From the NCBI GenBank assembly GCA_964016885.1, contig OZ024750.1, positions 50,034,001-50,098,000 of the forward strand: DNA of 64,000 bases, written 5' to 3'. Under the pieces are notes generated by a model. The model saw nothing but the letters and a program-made list of their open reading frames with translations. It had not been told where the DNA came from and did not search any database. This DNA comes from Eledone cirrhosa (taxonomy: Eukaryota). Below, piece after piece: positions 58,369 to 64,000 of the stretch. The translations under genes were made by a program, and so were the position numbers. The first letter of the stretch is position 1. The number at the start of each line of letters is the position of its first letter.

Positions 58369-58899
58369 AAGTCAGAGAGAGAGAAATCTTTTCCACGCCT
58401 GTCTCGCATATCACTTTCTTGAATTGATTTCAATGGACATACAAGGAAGGACGTGCTGGAGAGATTGTAAAATGACAAATTAATGCTTTACTCAGTTCGT
58501 ATAGTTATTTAACAGACATATTTGCATAAAGATGTTTAATACATATCAGATTATAAACAATATTGATCCTAATAATGACTCATGTATTAACCCCCAAACT
58601 ATGAATGAGGAAAATTAATATCGGTTGGGTTTGAACTTGAAAAACACCGGAATAAACATAGACATTATTCCCTCCGAAACAATAACGCCTGACAATTCTA
58701 GATGATATTATTGGGGGGAAAATAGAATGCAGCTTATATATTCTATTTATGTTTGTACACCTTTCTTGTTAACTCATCACTTTTCTTGTTTCCTATAATA
58801 TCCCTATGATCTGGTTTCCAAATATTTTCTAATTATTATTTTCACGTAGATAATTACCTATTTCGGGCAATATTTCTTCCATTTTTTTTATGTTGTTGT

Positions 58900-60366
58900 T
58901 GAAATATTTCTAGATTGTATAAACTCTTCGTAAATAAAATAAAATATACTTCTCCTTGATGTTTCTTTATCACAGATGTTTTTTCCCACCATACTGTATC
59001 AGATATTGTTAAATCTTTATGAAATTTGGCACTGATATTTTTTTTATTAATTACTATAAAATTCTATACAGTTTTACACCCTTGACCACTATTTGGATCC
59101 TCAATAAAATTGACGCAATTGTTAATATCTTATTAAACAATATGATGGAATCCTTTCTAATCTATTACTATTCTAAATGATAAGTATTGTTCTTTCCGTA
59201 TAACTTATGCATTATATTATCATACATATGTTTATAGTGTTTTGGTTTAGTTGTCTCGATTTTAAACAATTAGTTTTTCTAACATTCTACTATTAATACA
59301 TTTGCAAGAGATAATCATACTTCATTGAAAACAGCACTCGAGGGAAGATTTAAAACGACTTGATATAGTTTTTATTTTCCTGTTTCTGGATATAAGTTTT
59401 CAATCGCTTGAAGTAAAGCAAAGGTAATGCTTCCATATACCTAACAACCATACAATATTGAACCATAATACTATCCATGATACAAACTATTGTATCTTAA
59501 ACCGGGTGGATATTGTTTTGGTGAAGTTTTAATAGCATACGACCTGGATGTAGTGGTTATTCAATTAATGCATGGGATGGATTTTCTATTTGAAATATGT
59601 TTGATTAAATGTGTTAATCTATTTTAATGTCAAAGTAGATATTATACATCCACTTCATATCGTCAATGTATTCTGCATCGTTTGTTAAGAAGATATCTAA
59701 TATATTGATGAAATCTGTTTGATTAAATAGTGTATAAATGAATAGATAGCCATTAATCTTGCATTCATATGCTGTAGCATTTCATGTTGATATTTCACTT
59801 TGGAAAAAATCACAGGGATCTCTATATAATCAAAGGTACGTTGGTTCATTTCTTTCATATATTTTCTATATTTCGAAAACACTAATCAAATGTTATACGA
59901 TTCCAGATATCTAGCGATATATTTTGTTGGGGTGAATATATTATTATAGCAGTCCATTTTAGTCTTAATCAGATAATAGCAACATATATGCATATGATAT
60001 ATGTTACAAAACAACTTAAAACGTTTAAGCAGCTCTGCCAATCTTGTGCAAGGCTCTATTCATTTTCCAATAATGCTTTGAGGAAAAAATCCATGATCCC
60101 ATTTACAGGATAAAAATGGTAAGATTGCTACTTAAGAACTTCTCACAGATTTATTCACATCAATGGCTCCGTTTTTCGACACAAGTTTGTCCACAATAAT
60201 CTTATATTATACATAATAGCAAACCAGCGTTTCATCTCTCAGTTCTTTTTTGCTTATGTTTTATTTATTAATTCTTTTGTCGAGAGCACAATGACAGGAT
60301 ATAATATAAATGGTTAGATCACAATCCAAAGAATTCTTACTGACACGATTGCATTTATCGACAAGA

Positions 60367-60370
<4 letters not shown>
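58900..60370 (-). mobile_element. Possible ancient CR1-like LINE fossil (PHD-like ORF1 + APE remnants)
   Basis: Minus strand gives KCNRVSKNSLDCDL..SCHC (PHD-like spacing, ~60290-60360) and NILDIFLTN (APE LDLxLT motif, ~59680-59710); heavily degraded. Confidence 0.4.

Positions 60371-60447
<77 letters not shown>
60369..60447. repeat. (ATT)n microsatellite
   Basis: Perfect trinucleotide run. Confidence 0.95.
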
Positions 60448-60451
<4 letters not shown>

Positions 60452-60939
60452 TGAAATGGTGTACGTTGTTCCATAATAATACCGTACCATACATGCTTTC
60501 GTTGTTTATCTCATTTTCAGACTCTTGGGGTATGATGTTCCTTTTTTTCTGTTTTTCTTCCAATTAACGCATGACTCCATTTTATGGAGGAATTTCTTTA
60601 CTATAATCATACGGGGAACTTATTTCCTATTTTACAGTTATTTATGGCAGATATATGTTATGTAATATAGCTACGCTATGTCGGGACGCCATAAATATAT
60701 ATATTTTCACAGCAATTCAATCTAAGAGCCTGACTACACGTTTATAATATACCGATGATAGCAAATTGGCTTCTATAAAATAGATTTATATATATATGTG
60801 TGTGTGCGTGCTCACAAACACACTCACACACATATAATATATATATATATATATATTGTAGTAAAAGTTGGGTGGAAATATCCAAGGGTAAGAGCAATCA
60901 GACTATAGGACGAGTTTAGTATAAATAATTGCAATAGTA

Positions 60940-61510
60940 ACATAAACAGGTACTGAAGTTTCGTTGGGTTCCGCACATCAACTCATTCAGTCTCTCAGGA
61001 GAAAAGTAAAAATAAAGATGGCCGCCTAGGGTTGGTATGTCTGGGAGCCGATTTAAAAACCGATACCTGAAACACTAAACAACCTTCAGGTATCCCGACA
61101 ATAAACATACCTTCCACCTCGCAAATCCTGTATGGAGCCTAAAGAACACCGGCACACATGTTTCCATCAAATGGAGGATATTATAAAGATCTACCACCAA
61201 CCTGAATGGGTAGACATTTTGTCGATTTTGTAATCCTGAAAAATGGTATGTACTCTCACAATTAGCTTCGGATAAACACTGCCTCAACACAGGTCTTGAT
61301 TGCTTTGGTGATGTGGTCTCTCAAGAGTTACCTTTTACCTTCTAATTAAAAAAACAACTTTTTCGAAATAATTTCTAAATTGCCTGCCTTTGTTTATACT
61401 CTTATGATATATTCCTAAAAGGATAGCACAAGCAACCCTATGTCGTCATCTGTTTTTTTTTTATCTTATAAGTTGGGTGTCCCAACGAAGCTTGAGAACC
61501 TGTTTATGCC
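60940..61510 (+). mobile_element. 5'-truncated PLE with short inverted pseudo-LTR
   Basis: 61033-61345 translates to GMSGSRFKNRYLKH*TTF..LANPVWSLK..IKWRIL..CRFCNPEK..CLN; cataaacagg..ttcgttggg is mirrored at 61480-61508; HHR-like ctgaatga-gttg..caac-gaaa on the minus strand at about 60950-60992. Confidence 0.75.
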
Positions 61511-61533
61511 TCCGTTGTATATATATATACACG

Positions 61534-61574
<41 letters not shown>

Positions 61575-61577
<3 letters not shown>

Positions 61578-62499
61578 TTATCTATAAAAGGCAGATTGTT
61601 GTTGTTGTGTGTGTCCGCATGTTCCATGTTTATACATTTGCACAATTTCAAACCCATTCGACTCAAAGTCTGTAATAATTTTATAAATGGTCGGACGTAG
61701 GTCACCGACTATTTATTTCATTCAAAGCCACCCACAATTACGGAAATAATCGATAAAAATAGATGCATGACGCTTTACCCCTCTAATACAATACGAATAC
61801 CTCTCTCTACTCCCCTTCATCAGAGAAAGTTGCTTGTATGTAGTTTTATCGAATAGATAATGATGATGATTAAACTTACTAACTTTAAGAGAGAGAGAGA
61901 GAGAACGTTTGTTTTTGAGTGTGAAACGGTCAAACATTTATTTACTTCAATGACAAAGAGAACTCATTACATTCCATACGAAACAACAATTATTCAAAAG
62001 CAACAGATAAATGTATTCAACAACAAAAGAAAATAGCGATAAATCTTTTTTAAAACATCTATCAACGAACGTGGAAGAAAGAAGTATCAGTTCCTTTACT
62101 ATACACAATAATATCCTCTATGAAGTCACTAAACCTGCTAGAAACACCAGCTAAATCTTCCCCATATCACAACACGCCCTACTGTCTTAAATTTAGAAAA
62201 CACACATTAGACAACCATGCAGAACAACTCCATCGCAGCTCTGTTGTTCGGCTGGCATCTTCTGCGCGCGTGTTGCGCAAGTACTGTGAAACAATAAATT
62301 TCAACACTTCTTTGCACAGAGATAATATCCATAGGCGAAACTACAATTGTCACTGCTGGCGCAGCGCCTAATTCGGCAGTCCAGGTCTGCAATTCATTTA
62401 CCCTGTGCCTGGCAGACAAGAAAGTGGTGCCATAAAATGGGTGGTACTACCTAACTTTGGTAACTTACTGACCCCGAGCAACGCCGGGTTTTAATGCTA

Positions 62500-62500
<1 letters not shown>
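61575..62500 (+). mobile_element. Non-autonomous Helitron
   Basis: 5' A|TC..tctataaaagg; 3' hairpin cccgagcaacgccggg followed by CTAG|T at 62497-62501; inserted in (TA)n. Confidence 0.8.
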
Positions 62501-62539
<39 letters not shown>

Positions 62540-62545
<6 letters not shown>

Positions 62546-62872
62546 AAAAAAGAGATGAAATCGAAAATGCAACTGGAGTCTTATTTTTTTTTTTAAATAT
62601 ATATATTTATTTGGTTCCTTTACCGGTTTCGCAGTTCTTCTGCTTTTCAAAAAATGAGTTGAGATTGTGGGTCTGTGGTTGTTCTCACATGTGAGAAAAA
62701 CCACAGACCATCCATCTCAACTCACCTTTTAAGGAACCAAAGAAATATATATATTTAAAAAAAAATAAGACTCCAGTCGCATTTTCGATTTTATCGCTTT
62801 TCTTTTATACTTTCACTCGTGTAGGACACCTCGGTTATTTTTCATTTTGTAAAAAAAACCTCACTTTCTAAT
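62540..62872. mobile_element. ORF-less fold-back of the pseudo-LTR of the 39.6-43.2 kb PLE family
   Basis: Arms pivot at ttctcacatgtgagaa (~62690); the sequence matches 39579-39790; the HHR core is deleted in the right arm. Confidence 0.85.
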
Positions 62873-62884
62873 ATATATATATAT

Positions 62885-63070
62885 AAGTAGTTCCACAGCA
62901 GTTAATTCACGATTTACAAGAACAGTTGTTTCACTTTAGTTGGATCATCAGTTCGGTTAAAAACGATTTTCAAACCGAGCCAATGATCCAACTAATGTGA
63001 AACAATTGCTCTTGGAAATAGTGAACTAACTGTTGTGTTACTACTTCTACCAAACTCGTCCCATGGGTTC
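62885..63070. mobile_element. Short fold-back related to the 28910-29547 pseudo-LTR, with a degenerate HHR
   Basis: aagtag..gtttcac..ttagttggatcat is mirrored by atgatccaactaa..gtgaaac..ctactt; gtgaactaactgttgt..acttctacc is shared with 29520-29550. Confidence 0.7.
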
Positions 63071-63089
63071 TACTATTATATATATATTA

Positions 63090-63404
63090 CAGTGATTCTC
63101 AACCAGTGTGCCGCGAGATCTTCCTAAATGTTCCACGAAATTTTGAAAAGACAGGCAAACATTTCTAACTAAAGAAACACTGCAAAACACTGCAAGAAAG
63201 TAAGCTCATAGCTGTGTTTTTCTTTATTTAGTTTGAGTCATTTTATGTATCTATGACTTCTTTGTGTCTACGGTTCTATGCCTTCTATGACTTGTCATGT
63301 TTTATTTTGTAAAATTCAAATATTCTTCATATATATTTATCCAGGTGTGCCGCTATTTATCATATGTTCCAAGGTATGCCATTGCCAAAAAGGGTTGAGA
63401 ACCA

Positions 63405-63407
<3 letters not shown>
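63090..63407. mobile_element. hAT-type MITE
   Basis: 15-bp TIRs CAGTGATTCTCAACC / GGTTGAGAACCACTG (1 mismatch); the TSD is obscured by (TA)n. Confidence 0.8.
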
Positions 63408-63459
<52 letters not shown>

Positions 63460-64000
63460 GGAAAAAATGAAACGAAATTTAATTTCCCACTCTCAGTACG
63501 GCTGTTACTTACATATAAGTATGTACACGTACATACATATATGTATACAGACGTACAGTAGTATGTATATATATATACATACATGCACACATATATATAT
63601 GTACGTATGGATTCACCGAGCATTTATTATAATGCTCGGTGTGTTTGTAAACAAACATCAACGCATACCTTCCTGCGTATACCTTCCTTAGAGTGGGAAA
63701 TGAAATTTCGTTTCATTTTTTCCGTTTATCCTTTTCGGTGCACCCGGCCGATTAACCCACTCGATATGCAAATTGGGCTACTCAGCCGTTAATAAGCTTA
63801 AGGTAAGTATATACTTTTAGACGTTCAACAATCTGGCAGGAAGGTATACGTTGCTGACGTTAGCTAATAAGCTTGAATCTAGTACAGCGTTCCTTTGTCA
63901 GTGTTGAACAAACGAGCAACGATGGTTGCTAGACACTACGGCTTAATACGGGATGTTTGTTTACAAACACACCGAGCATTTTAATAAATGTTTCGTGAAT
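63460..64000 (+). mobile_element. Diverged copy of the 27371/29610 HHR element family
   Basis: Shares ctcgatatgcaaatt..ctcagccgttaat..tctggcagg; the HHR is decayed (ctgacgt..gaat) at about 63848-63890. Confidence 0.8.

Overview
AT-rich eukaryotic intergenic DNA, saturated with repeats. The SINE family and the (TA)n/(GA)n load suggest a mollusc, probably a cephalopod; this is inference only. No intact host gene is supported. Retroelements: two long Penelope-like elements (PLEs), a decayed one at 4.9-8.9 kb and a near-intact one at 39.6-43.2 kb, plus several PLE fragments; an RTE LINE fossil; an R4/Dong-type element with 41 in-frame copies of an 81-bp unit; CR1-like remnants; and about 9 copies of a tRNA-derived SINE. 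DNA elements: a decayed Helitron, two non-autonomous Helitrons and a hAT MITE. A 4-kb, 38-bp satellite appears to have grown from a SINE tail. The main signal missed by the ORF track is a dense set of short fold-back elements, mostly lodged in (TA)n tracts. They belong to at least six unrelated families and each carries a minimal type I hammerhead ribozyme (HHR) motif. Two families have the compensatory U3-A8 core, one forms a tandem 590-nt retrozyme-like monomer, and a further family combines a tRNA-like cloverleaf with a decayed HHR-like hairpin. All identifications were made by eye from motifs; no searches were run.
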